Shown here in pieces: positions 1 to 11,435 of a stretch of 64,000 nt of DNA (the first letter of the stretch is position 1; each line of letters starts with the position of its first letter). A model generated the notes under the pieces. It was not told the DNA's origin and ran no database searches. It saw nothing but the letters and a program-made list of their open reading frames with translations. Source of the DNA: Tubiluchus corallicola (Eukaryota > Animalia > Priapulida); NCBI GenBank assembly GCA_030141605.1, contig JAQGDQ010000175.1, forward strand, positions 381,030 through 445,029, written 5' to 3'. A program made the translations under genes and the position numbers.

Positions 1-716
1 AGCTAGGGTGTGCAAGAACGAGCCCCATTACAGAATTAAAGGCAGTAACTGTCCCGTGACAGCTAGGGTGTACAAGAACCAGCCCAATTACAGAATTAAA
101 GGCAGTAACTGTCCCGTGACAGCTAGGGTGTACAAGAACGAGCTCCATGACCGAACTAAAATCAGTAACTGTCCCGTGACAGCAAGGGTGCACAAGAACG
201 AGCCCCATTACAGAATTAAAGGCAGTAACTGTCCCGTGACAGCTAGGGTTTACAAGAACGAGCCCAATTACAGAATTAAAGGCAGTAACTGTCCCGTGAC
301 AGCTAGGGTATACAAGAACGAGCTCCATTACCGAATTAAAATCAGTAACTGTCCCGTGACAGCTAGGGTGTACAAGAACGAGCCCCATTACAGAATTAAA
401 GGCAGTAACTGTCCCGTGACAGCTAGGGTGCACAAGAACGAGCCCCATTACAGAATTAAAGGCAGTAACTGTCCCGTGACAGCTAGGGTGTACAAGAACG
501 AGCTCCATTACAGAATTAAAATCAGTAACTGTCCCGTGACAGCTAGGGTGTACAAGAACGAGCCCCATTACAGAATTAAAGGCAGTAACTGTCCCGTGAC
601 AGCTAGGGTTTACAAGAACGAGCTCCATTACAGAATTAAAATCAGTAACTGTCCTGTGGCAGCTAGGGTGTACAAGAACGAGCCCCATTACAGAATTAAA
701 GGCAGTAACTGTCCAG
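1..716. repeat. 60-bp minisatellite, 12 copies visible (runs off window start)
   Basis: Unit AGCTAGGGTGTACAAGAACGAGCCCCATTACAGAATTAAAGGCAGTAACTGTCCCGTGAC repeats exactly in register with the 60-nt lines, with few substitutions. Confidence 0.98.
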
Positions 717-1585
717 GGAACTATGAGAACTGGCACTTATAGGATCTCACTAAACAGACATAAAAGCAGTAACTTCCCAGCAAACTAAACAGCAGTATCT
801 TCGTTACATTTGTGGCCTGTCTTCCATTAGAATACAAATTTTGACACTGGTGTTTGACTTTGTGAGAAATGACATTGGCCCCATTGTTAAGCTAAAAAGG
901 CAAGAAGCAGCACCTGCCAAGGCAATAGCTCGTGTCCTTTAATTCTATTTATAAATGGACTGCTTCGTTTCTGTTTTAGCAGAATAGCAGATAGTTATAT
1001 AATAATGTTTAGATATTCATCTTCATTAGAGGCATAATTATTTGGAAGCAACATTGCAAACTTTAATTCACAATAGAAATATGATGTGTAATTGAGGCTG
1101 GTTTGCTATAAATCATTCCCCGTGTTACTGATGACATTAACATTAATAATTAACATTAATATCATAAATAACATGGGAGTTTTTTGTAGCAACTTGGTCC
1201 AGCCTCAACTACGTATGGTAGCCATAGTTTTTATCACTAGCTGCATGCAGGGGGCGTATCAATACATTACGGTGTTTTTGGTTGATAATTCAGTCCCCCA
1301 CCCATCTCTATTATGGATTTATGATTGTTTATATTTGAACTGTAATGAATAATTACTTGTGGCGCGTTACAAAATATGCGCTTTATATGAATATGAAAGG
1401 AAATACATTTTTCGAGGAGAATAAGAATTTTTTTACACTGGATCCCTAAATCTGGCGCCCTCAAAATTTAGCACGCTAGGCTACACCTAGTTAGTTACGC
1501 ATAATTATTTCATGTAATTCTCTGTGCGACGTTTTTATAGTGGATAAAAACAAACACCCAAAACATTTGGCTTGCAGCCGCTGCA

Positions 1586-1892
1586 ATGGATTGGTCAAAA
1601 TTTCAAAGCAGCATTTTTCTTATCGTGCTGTATCCTTGGCTGAGTTTAGCAAGTGATTTAACTTTAACAAATTATAAAAAAGTGTTGACAGATAAAATTA
1701 TAGCAGGATGCATTCTTGACACAAGATATGTCCGTAGTACACTTGATTGTGCACGCCAGTGTATCAAGCAGGCAAGATGTGTTGGTTTCGGAACAGGTCC
1801 AAGCGACAACGGAACATTGTGTGATCTAAGAGCTCATGCAGCAAGTAACTTCGCCCAAACTGTAATGGATAATTTTATATTGTACCAGAAAG
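1586..1892 (+). CDS. First coding exon of a secreted PAN/apple-domain protein (signal peptide + PAN); downstream exons uncertain
   Basis: MDWSKFQSSIFLIVLYPWLSLAS is a signal-peptide-like N-terminus. It is followed by S-x-x-x-C-A-x-x-C-x5-C-x-G-F...C-x-L...Y (STLDCARQCIKQARCVGF...LCDL...FILYQK), the PAN pattern. Donor AAAG|GTAAAG at 1892/1893, phase 1. Confidence 0.8.
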
Positions 1893-3076
1893 GTAAAGTT
1901 TTGTTGATATCACTGGTAGTTCAATTTAAATGCTTAATTTTAATTAGTAGAAATCCTACACTAAAACACCGTAATTACGTTGAAATGAGTGTATGGCTGG
2001 AATTGTGGCCTCTTGGTTGTTTTGTCAATTAGCCAGTGGGTTGATGAGAAGAGGTAGATACGGTGGTTGAGACATTACAATTAGTTTGCAACTCAATACA
2101 CTGAAGGCCAATTATCGACATTGGTTATTGTTAAACATGGTTTACGATTGATGATGTAAGACTCTTAACTAACGTTAAAAAAGCCACTTTAGTGACATTT
2201 AAATACTCCTAGTATGTGCCGGTCCATACAAAAATGTGGCCTTATTTAAAATAAGTTTGTAAAAATGTCACAAAAATTGTGAACCCTTTCCACATTTTAG
2301 CCCTCATCTGAGTATTCTTTCATACCAAATTTCTTCTTATTATACCTTAATGCTTATCTGATTAAAAACTAAAGCTCATTAATCATCAGTATTGATACTT
2401 TTTGACTTATTAAGCAACGAATTTTCGGAGAATAAATATTGATAGGACAAACAAAAATAATTTGGCGAGGAACTAATATCAAATACATGAAGAAGCCAGC
2501 CTCTAGGAGTCAATATCATGTTTATTAATTGCAGATGATCCTTTCTACAGATGTGTCATTATCAATGTTAGAAGTCAAGCTAAAAAGAATAATTAGTACA
2601 TCTATGATGCTAATATTGTAATATTTTGTGCGGTGGTATTACTGTATCATAAATATTCTAATTATTCTTTTTGGCTTGATTTCTAGCATTGAGAATGACA
2701 CGTATGTTGAAACGATTGTCTGCGTCTGATAAACATGTTGAACTAATATCAGTTCTTACTAAGTAAAAGGCCCATATAGAATCAAAGATAATCACATTAG
2801 TCACAGTAGTAAATTAATTCTAAAGTTCATAATTTTGTCTTTTACAGACGGCATTCTATTTTATTCTATTGTAATTTTCGCGACTGAAATGTAAGTTTAG
2901 GAGTTATCCAGTTACTTAACAGCCTATGACTTTGCAACTGATTTGTTTCTGAGGAAACTGAGTTTCAATAATGCAACCAAAAACAATCGCTGTTGTTAAT
3001 AACAATCTTGTATCGCTTTATTACTGACATTTCGACACAGTCTTGAATCATCGTCAGACCACTAGCTTGTGAAAGC

Positions 3077-3445
3077 TAGAGGTGACCATTCTCTATCAAA
3101 AAAACTAATTCAAATCGAATCAAATTTTTGACTTTCAAACGCGAATCAAACCGAATTCAAAATCAGTTTTAAAGATTTTCGAATGGATTTTTGAATCACT
3201 AATAAAAAGCTGTCTGGCAAAGATAATGCGTATTGCTTGACATTGTTCTGCAGTAAAAAAATTGTTTAAAAATTATGCACAGAAATCACTAAGTTGTGCT
3301 GATTGCTGTTTCAAACGTTTTAGTGATAAAGAACATATGTAGTTGATGTGGTGAATTATTCGAATCCGCAATTTTAGGTTCGATTAGAAAAACTGGTTGA
3401 AATCGAAGTCGAACTTTCGAATACGAACGTTCTCTGTTCAACCTA
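3077..3445. mobile_element. Non-autonomous hAT-like DNA transposon (MITE)
   Basis: TAG...CTA ends and subterminal clusters of TCGAA/TTCGA motifs. Flanked by a near-perfect 8-bp target-site duplication GTGAAAGC (3069-3076) / GTGAAAGT (3446-3453); 8-bp TSDs are typical of hAT elements. Confidence 0.6.
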
Positions 3446-3979
3446 GTGAAAGTGCTCTGACAATGAAGCAAGTTTGCATTGAAACATAAGCTGTAAAGAG
3501 GTGCCATGTTGTTATCAACAATACCCGTGTTTTCAACAATATAAGTATAAACCTACTACTATGCATAAACTGTTCATTATTATTTATTTGTCACTGTTGC
3601 TGACTGTTTATACTTTCCATACTTACAGAGGTCCATGTATCCACCTTTGAATGACGTAGACGTCTTTTTTGCACACGAAATCTATGGCACAAGGTTTTAC
3701 ATAGAGGGCAGAGTAACCGACATTCTTGAGCGTAATGGGTAGGCATTTGTATTTACCAAAATAACTTCCAAGTGTGACCAGTCACTTGTCGTTGTTTAAC
3801 TCATGTGGTTTCCTTTTAGGAACCCAATATATCATATTTAACATAGATATGACCAGAATTTGCCCATTTATCATTAACATCATTTATTATCAAACACATG
3901 TACAGTTAAGTCACATAAGTGGTTCAAATAAAAAAAGTAAGTAGACTAATAGTGAAAGTAAAGATAAATATTAAACCCT

Positions 3980-4175
3980 GACAACAACAACAACGACAAT
4001 GCCAACGCCAACGCCAACGCCACCGCCACCGCCAACAGCAACAGTTATAGTAGTAATAGTAATAGTAATAGTAATAGTAATAGTAATAGTAATAGTAATA
4101 GTAATAGTAACAGTAACAGTAACAGTAACAGTAACAGTAACAGTAACAGTAACAGTAACAGTAACAGTAACAGTA
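3980..4175. repeat. Compound microsatellite (ACA)n-(CCAACG)n-(AGTAAT)n-(AGTAAC)n
   Basis: Directly visible. Confidence 0.95.
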
Positions 4176-4416
4176 CACGTGTTTCCGTTCCCTTGGCCCT
4201 CTGTACACGACTCTGCTTCAAGTTTGACTACTGTATCAGCTGTGCAACACATGGTTACAGTATTACATACATTATTTTAGCTAGTTGCTCTAAATATTAA
4301 TTTATACCTTAGTTTAATGTTGCCGTTTTCTGAAAAGTAGAAAATTTTGAACTATGAAATGTTTTAATTCTCCTATCACTGTCAAACATTGTAATTAACA
4401 ATTCTATGGTTAATAA

Positions 4417-4579
4417 ACTACTGCTGCTACTGCTACTACTGCTGCTGCTACTACTACTGCTGCTACTAATACTGCTACTGCTACTGCTGCTGCTGCTGCT
4501 GCTGCTACTACTACTGCTACTACTACTGCTGCTGCTGCTGCTACTACTACTACTGCTGCTACTACTACTACTGCTGCTG

Positions 4580-4614
<35 letters not shown>

Positions 4615-4803
4615 ACTACTACTACTACTGCTACTACTACTACTACTGCTACTACTACTGCTACTACTACTGCTGCTGCTGCTGCTACTGCTACTGCTGC
4701 TACTACTACTGCTACTACTGCTACTGCTGCTGCTACTACCCCGCCACCATACCTACACACCGCCATCCACCGTACCACTACCACCACCACCACCACTACC
4801 ACT

Positions 4804-4838
<35 letters not shown>

Positions 4839-5021
4839 CATCTACACTACTACTACTACTACCACCACCACTACCACTACCACCACCACTACCACTGCCG
4901 CTGCCGCCGCTGCCACACGCTGCTGCCACTACCGCCGCTGCTGCTGCTACCACTCGCCACCACTACCGCTGCCGCTACCACCACCACCACTGCTGCTACT
5001 GCTACTCTACCGCAGCCGCTG

Positions 5022-5086
<65 letters not shown>

Positions 5087-5680
5087 GCTGCTACCACTAC
5101 TACAACACTACCAATACCACTACCACCACCACCACCGCCGCCGCCGCCGCCGCTGCCGCCGCCGCCGCTGCCGCCGCCACCACCCCGCCACCGCCACCAC
5201 CGCTACCACCACCACCGCCACCACCACTACCAACCACCACGCCGCCGCTGCCAACCGCCGCCGCACGCCACCACCGCCGCCGCCGCCACCACCGCCACCA
5301 CCACCGCCGCGCCACCACCACCACCACCACCGCCGCCACCGCCACCACCGCCGCCGCCGCCACCACCACCGCCTACCACTGCCACCACTACCGCCACCGC
5401 CGCCACTGCCGCCGCTACCACCGCCGTCCACCACCACCGCCAGTACCACCACCTGCCACCGCTGCCGCTACCACCGCGCCGCCGCTACCACCGCTGCCGC
5501 TACCACTACCGCTGCCACCAATACTCACCAGCTGCCGCTACCACCGCCGCTGCTACTACTACTACTACTGCTGCTGCTGCTACACGGCTGCTGCTGCTGA
5601 TGCTACTGCTACTGCTACTGCTGCCGCTGCCGCTGCCGCTGCCGCTGCCGCTGCCGCTACCGCTACCGCTACCGCTACCG

Positions 5681-5751
<71 letters not shown>

Positions 5752-5845
5752 ACTACCTCTGCTACTACTACTGCTATTACTACTGCTACTACTACTGCTA
5801 CTGCTGCTGCTACTACCTCTGCTACTACTACTGCTATTACTACTG

Positions 5846-5883
<38 letters not shown>

Positions 5884-6093
5884 GCTGCTACTGCTACTAC
5901 TGCTGCTGCTGCTACTGCTGCTGCTGCTACTACTGCTGCTGCTGCTGCTGCTACTACTGCTGCTACTGCTGCTGTTACTGCTGCTGCTACTACTACTACT
6001 GCTGCTACTGCTGCTGCTGCTGCTACTGCTGCTGCTGCTGCTGCTACTGCTACTACTGCTACTACTGCTGCTGCTACTACTACTACTGCTACT
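4417..6093. repeat. 1.7-kb compound trinucleotide tract (CTA/CTG flanks, CCA/CCG core)
   Basis: Directly visible; source of the poly-L/P/T/S/V ORFs in the track. Confidence 0.95.
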
Positions 6094-6865
6094 GGAAATT
6101 ACAGACAAGGGTTTCGAGGACCATATCAAAAAATTAAATTTGATGTCAAATAGCTTTAATAAAGAGAAAGCGAGCCTGTCCTGATCGCGCACTGTTAACA
6201 CTAATTTATGTCTAATTTATTGCAGTCAGAAAGGCTGCATTACGCTTAAACATTAGTGGGTATTGATTGATTGTGATTTTGCATTAATTGTGCTGTGAAA
6301 ATAATCCAGTCAAAAATAGTCATTAGAGAAATATAACGATTTGTATAAATTCTAGCCACACTAATAATACACTTTATTAACAAAATTCAAATTTAACTGT
6401 TACACTTTACATTTCAAATTAAGTTACAAATCACAACAAAAACAATCACATAATTCACAGCACTTTAAATAATAATCTCACATACAGGCCTATATAAAAA
6501 ACAAGAAAAAGGGGACCACACTTTTGTGGTACCTGCTGATAGGTGGTCACTGATCAGCGGTGACACTTTCTCTTTATAGGCAAGGTTAACTAAACGCATG
6601 GTTACACATGCATGAACGAAGCATACGATCTAAATAATATTGTAAGGCCACCAAAGAAGCCAGGCTTGGTTTAAAGCGGATTTTCCGTCACTAAACAAAT
6701 AGAAGCACCAACAATTATTCTGACTCTTCTATACGAAGATACTTTTATTCTTAGCCTACTTTGTTTTTCATTGTCAACAACTATACAGATAAAACAGGTG
6801 TTAGCGTTCTACCATTTTTATTTACCAAAATTATTGCACACAATTTTAAAAATAAAATCTGTGAC

Positions 6866-7110
6866 TCAGATAATGTGTGAACTATGATAAGGATCATTAT
6901 TATATATTAACTGGGATGTTCCGGATCCGGTACCCCGAGTTTTTCTTTGGTTACGCAGTCGCCTGCGATGTTTGTTTACTTCGTCGCTTAAGTGTTTTAT
7001 CATGGAAAGTTCCTCTACCCTGCCTGGAATACTGGCATAAAGCTTCCTATGTGGAATTGGAGGTTCAGCTGATACGGCTTGTTGGCCAGAGAAAGTGCAA
7101 TCACATTTAC
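6866..7110 (-). CDS. Collagen gene exon 4 (terminal): (G)KCDC + basic C-terminal tail, stop
   Basis: Acceptor TACATTTAG|GT. A phase-1 join to exon 3 gives GPPG-KCDCTFSGQQAVSAEPPIPHRKLYASIPGRVEELSMIKHLSDEVNKHRRRLRNQRKTRGTGSGTSQLIYNNDPYHSSHII*, 81 open codons in AT-rich DNA. AATAAA signals follow on the - strand (~6817, ~6745). Confidence 0.8.
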
Positions 7111-7302
7111 CTAAATGTACAAAATAGTAACTTTAATTGTGACTATAAAGCGCCTATAATATAAAGAGTAAAAAAACGCATTTGTCGGTCTACAGTGTAC
7201 CCTTTTTGCGCTACTTCAAGCAAAACTTCTTGCTGCCAGCGAATTATGGAAAATTTTTGCTTGCTGTAGTCAAATAGCAGCCACGCTTGGCACGACAGTT
7301 TT

Positions 7303-7547
7303 GTGGCATTAAAACTAGGCGTGTGGCACTTGGCATTAAAACTAGGCGTGTGGCACTTGGCATTAAAACTAGGCGTGTGACACTTGGCATCAAACAAAAC
7401 TAGGTGTGTGGCACTTGGCATTAAAACTAGGCGTGTGACACTTGGCATTAAAACTAGGCGTGTGACACTTGGCATTAAAACTAGACGTGTGGCACTTGGC
7501 ATCAAAACTAGGCGTGTGACACTTGGCATCAAAACTAGACGCATCAA
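7303..7547. repeat. 27-bp minisatellite (~9 copies) in collagen intron 3
   Basis: Unit AAAACTAGGCGTGTGGCACTTGGCATT. Confidence 0.95.
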
Positions 7548-7760
7548 AAATTAGACTTAGTGCAAAAATCAGCCCTTTTCTTTTGGTGCTTTCCTTTCCT
7601 TTCATTTTATTTTGAAGTATTTTTATTATTCTTGAAATAATTGCTAGACCAGCAGACCGAATTTCATACAGTCAGTAATTTACCGCTTTGCATTATTGCA
7701 AATAGATAAGTTTAAGATCTGAGAGTGGTCATTGTTAAAATGATAGATATAAACGAATAT

Positions 7761-7937
7761 CTTGCTTACCTTGCTTATTATGTCTTGCCTTGTCTCGCCT
7801 TACCTTACCTTACCTGGCCTTACTTTGCCTTGCCTTGCCTTACCTTACCTTGCCTTGCCTTACTTTGCCTTGTCCTGCCTTATTATGTCTTGCCTTACAA
7901 TACCTTGCCTTGCGTTACCCTGCATTACCTTCCTTGC
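7761..7937. repeat. Degenerate pentanucleotide repeat (CCTTG/CCTTA)n
   Basis: Directly visible. Confidence 0.9.
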
Positions 7938-8138
7938 CAAGTTTCATATGCATACAATTCTTCCTCAATGGTTTACTTTGGCCAACAGAAACAGTTTTCT
8001 TGTCCTCTAATGACCAAGCCCCGCATAGCTTAACTTGGGTTGCTAAACACACAATATGACCACACAATAACACCACGATAAAACGAGTTATTTTTAAATT
8101 AAGTTCATGAGTGCTAAACATGAATGCATACTACTTAC

Positions 8139-9167
8139 CAGGTGGACCTGGCAATCCACGTGGACCACGTAAACCAGTACCAGGGCGACCAGGAAGACCA
8201 GGAGGGGATGGCAGACCAGGAAGTCCACGAAGACCCTGTGCACCAGATGGTCCTGATGGGCCAGAAGGCCCTGATGGTCCGGGTGGTCCAGATGGACCAG
8301 AAGGTCCAGTTGCCCCTGTTGGGCCAGATGGCCCTGATGGGCCAGATAGACCTGGTGCACCAGATGGTCCTGATGGGCCAGAAGGCCCTGGTGGGCCTGA
8401 TGGTCCCAGTGGGCCAGATGGACCAGTTGCCCCTCTTGGGCCAGATGGCCCCGATGGGCCAGATGGACCTGGTTCACCAGAAGGACCTGGTGGGCCTGAA
8501 GGACCAGGATCACCGGGAGGGCCAGAAGGACCAGAAGGACCAGAAGGACCAGGGGGCCCACTTGGGCCAGATGGACCTGCTGCACCAGATGGTCCTAGTG
8601 GGCCAGACGGCCCTATCGGGCCAGATGGACCGGTAGGCCCAGTTGCACCAGCTGGGCCCGAAGGACCAGAAGGGCCAGGTAGCCCTGATGGACCTGGTTC
8701 ACCTGAAGGACCTGATGGGCCAGACGGCCCTGTTGGACCAGGTGGACCGGAAGGACCAGTTGCACCAGCTGGGCCTGAAGGACCAGAAGGACCAGGTGGA
8801 CCTGTTTCACCAGATGGCCCTGATGGGCCAGACGGCCCTGTTGGACCAGGTGGACCAGAAGGACCAGTTGCACCTGCTGGGCCCGAAGGACCTGAAGGAC
8901 CAGGAGGCCCTGATGGTCCTGGTTCACCAGAAGGACCTGGTGGGCCTGAAGGACCAGGATCACCGGAAGGGCCAGGAGGACCGGAAGGACCAGAAGGACC
9001 AGGGAGACCGCTTGGGCCAGGTGGACCTGTTCCGCCAGATGGCCCTGGTGGGCCAGACGGTCCTGTTGGACCTTCTGCGCCGGAAGGACCAGTTGCACCA
9101 GTTGGGCCTGAAGGACCAGAAGGACCAGGAGGACCAGGAGGACCAGACGGACAAGGATCATCACAAT
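8139..9167 (-). CDS. Collagen gene exon 3: DCDDPCPS + triple-helical domain (104 uninterrupted Gly-X-Y, then 7 more triplets with two imperfections)
   Basis: Acceptor TTTTATTTTGCAG|AT and donor CCTG|GTAAGT. 1029 bp, phase 1-1. Gly at every third residue. Confidence 0.95.
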
Positions 9168-9359
9168 CTGCAAAATAAAATTGCACGTAAAGTAATTATT
9201 GTAAAAAAAAATTTCTTTGCTTTATCTATAAAAACTCTTGAAGAAAACTGAGAAAAGAGCTGTTTTCCTTCACCGACTTACGTGCAGGCTCTAACTTTAT
9301 ACAATTCATCAATAAAATATTTAAACATTAGCAATTAATACTTACAAATTGTTAGTTAC

Positions 9360-9458
9360 CGTTCAAATCATCATTATCATTATCATCATCATCATCATCA
9401 TCATCGTCGTCGTCGTCACCATTGTCATCATCTTCATCGTCAGCATCATGATCGTCGG
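9360..9458 (-). CDS. Collagen gene exon 2: Asp-rich 33-aa exon (ADDHDADDEDDDNG-D12-NDNDDLN)
   Basis: CTGCAG|CC...AACG|GTAACT, 99 bp, phase 1-1, in frame with both neighbours. Its ending (AACG|GTAA) mirrors exon 1. The acceptor has a weak pyrimidine tract. Confidence 0.7.
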
Positions 9459-9609
9459 CTGCAGTGGTGGCATCATCATCATCAATAGGTAACGAGGCAA
9501 TAATGATGATGATGATGATGACGATGAAAATGAGGATGATTATGATGATGATTATGAGGATGAGGAACATGAGAGTGTCTTGATTACATTAATACATTAA
9601 ATTGATTAC

Positions 9610-9721
9610 CGTTGTCATCGTCATCGTCATCATTATCACCCTGCGTTGTGAGGAGACAAGACATCAAAACCAACGCCAGCAAATACAGGTAGCCATGATT
9701 TCCAAAATTGAATGTCAACAT
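9610..9721 (-). CDS. Collagen gene exon 1 (coding): signal peptide + start of poly-Asp
   Basis: TCTTTCTAG|ATG gives MLTFNFGNHGYLYLLALVLMSCLLTTQG-DNDDDDDDN, with donor AACG|GTAATC (phase 1). The acceptor directly before the ATG implies a 5'-UTR exon further upstream. Confidence 0.88.
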
Positions 9722-11307
9722 CTAGAAAGAAAGATTACCTAGGAAAATTCATTTTACAGTAGCAGGTGTATACAAAATATATCCACAATTCTAATTAAGC
9801 TGTGGGGAAAACACCTATGCCTAACTAGTAATTAGATGGGTGATTGTCATGAAGTGTTTGCTGTTTCAACTAAAACATACATGCCGCCTCTGATCTGAAA
9901 GTCCACTTTATATGGCCTCCAAAACTTGTAAGGCTAGGACATTACTGCAATTCAGTACCTCATCTTAGAAGATCATCTTTATCAACGAACTAGATTTTTC
10001 GGTTTCTGCCAAAACGATTTATGTTAAAGGAAGACCGGACAATTGTTCCTTATATTTGAATAATTAGCTTAGAAAGTTAATTAACGGCAGCCGAACACAG
10101 CTATTGCTTACGTCAGAAACTAAGCACAGTTATTGCAATGGTAGGCATCTTCCCTTGCGCGCCAAGCACTTTGCATAGGTGTTCAATGATGTCACGAAAA
10201 TGAACTTTACATCATATGACGTCAGAAACTAACACGGCAGTTCATGATCATAGTTATCACGGTACCGCCTTCTATTTGTCAGCGCAGCGAATGTGACAAA
10301 AAGACGCCGCTGCCAATCTTAGTAGATTCACTGAGCCGCGCGTAGTTATTAGCTCCGAGGTAGTTATTATTTAATCTAAGCTTTGATTTAAAATAAGCTA
10401 TTGTAGTTTTCTTCAATATTTTAGAGCAATCTTTATTGTGAACTAATGTTTACACAATCATCCGGTTTTCCTTTAAGTAGGCTTATTAAGAAGGCCTATG
10501 ACTGAATGAAAAATACAACCTGCAATAATGTAGGCCATAACAAAACTAGACTAGACCAGCAACACGTGCCACATACAAGATAAGATGGGATCATATTATT
10601 CGTCTCCTGCAAGTTTAGCAGTTCATAGAAACATCTAGATATTTTTAAAATTTAGCAGAGAGAAAATGAAAGATATTTTGTGGTATCAATGCAGAAGGAT
10701 ACGTAAATAGTATGAAGAAAGAAAGAGAAAGACCACACGGCAAACTAAGTCAGCCACCCTTATTTTAGTGATTCTGTAGTTTTTAGAATAAACTGTTGAT
10801 GGTGCAAAATTCCTTTGTTAAAATTCACCAAGTTGCTGAAAACTAGAATTAATAACAAAAGTAACAATGAGAAAATTGAACAATATATATGTAAATATTG
10901 TGTCTGGTATTTCTAAATTAATATTTTATAACACTGAAGTACATTTATATGTTTTAAAGTGTAATAAATAAATTTTAAACCTAAAAAAAATTAACAAATG
11001 CAAAAGCAAAATAATTGAACTAATATATAATTATAGGTAAATAAAGCAGCATGATAATTACGGATATTAATACATGCGTGAAACTTCAAAATTAATTTCA
11101 GTGTTTTTAATTGCGTTAACAATGAAACAACTTGAAATAACGACTGAATTGATTAAACAAAAAATGCATAACAAAGAGATAAGCAATCCTCTACGACTTA
11201 TCAAACCCAAAAACTCATGGATTAATATTCAAAAGCAAATTACATAAAATATTCAATCAAAAAACGTTAAGCATGTACAGCATTCTAGTTGAATAATACG
11301 ATAAAAA

Positions 11308-11435
11308 CTTACTGTTGTACTTTACTTTTTCGATGAGTGTACGACTTCTAGAACCTTACCACTACCGACTACCAATCATCAAACTTGATTTCGCTCGAAT
11401 CAGAAAAACGTCCACTGATTAACAGCCAATCATCA
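11308..11435 (-). promoter_or_regulatory. Candidate 5'-UTR exon donor and CCAAT-containing promoter for the collagen gene
   Basis: GTAAGT donor on the - strand at ~11308-11313; CCAATCA motifs at ~11372 and ~11426. Positional inference only. Confidence 0.25.

Noticed and set aside
1-716. CRISPR-like regular array (also 54718-55372, 27345-27857)
   Set aside because: Units are fully repeated with no unique spacers, and the context is eukaryotic.
8-742. 244-aa ORF of 20-aa repeats
   Set aside because: A stop-free frame of a 60-bp minisatellite; a - strand frame is also open, and there is no ATG start or splice support.
3924-6201. Poly-L/P/T/V/S/G ORFs including the 592-aa ORF
   Set aside because: Translations of microsatellites in several frames and on both strands. 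The collagen already terminates at 6866.
6877-7164. 95-aa + strand ORF
   Set aside because: Antisense to collagen exon 4; no recognisable features.
8094-9251. Antisense 355-aa GP-rich ORF and other overlapping ORFs
   Set aside because: Shadow frames of the collagen exon; only the - strand Gly-X-Y frame has matching splice sites and flanking exons.
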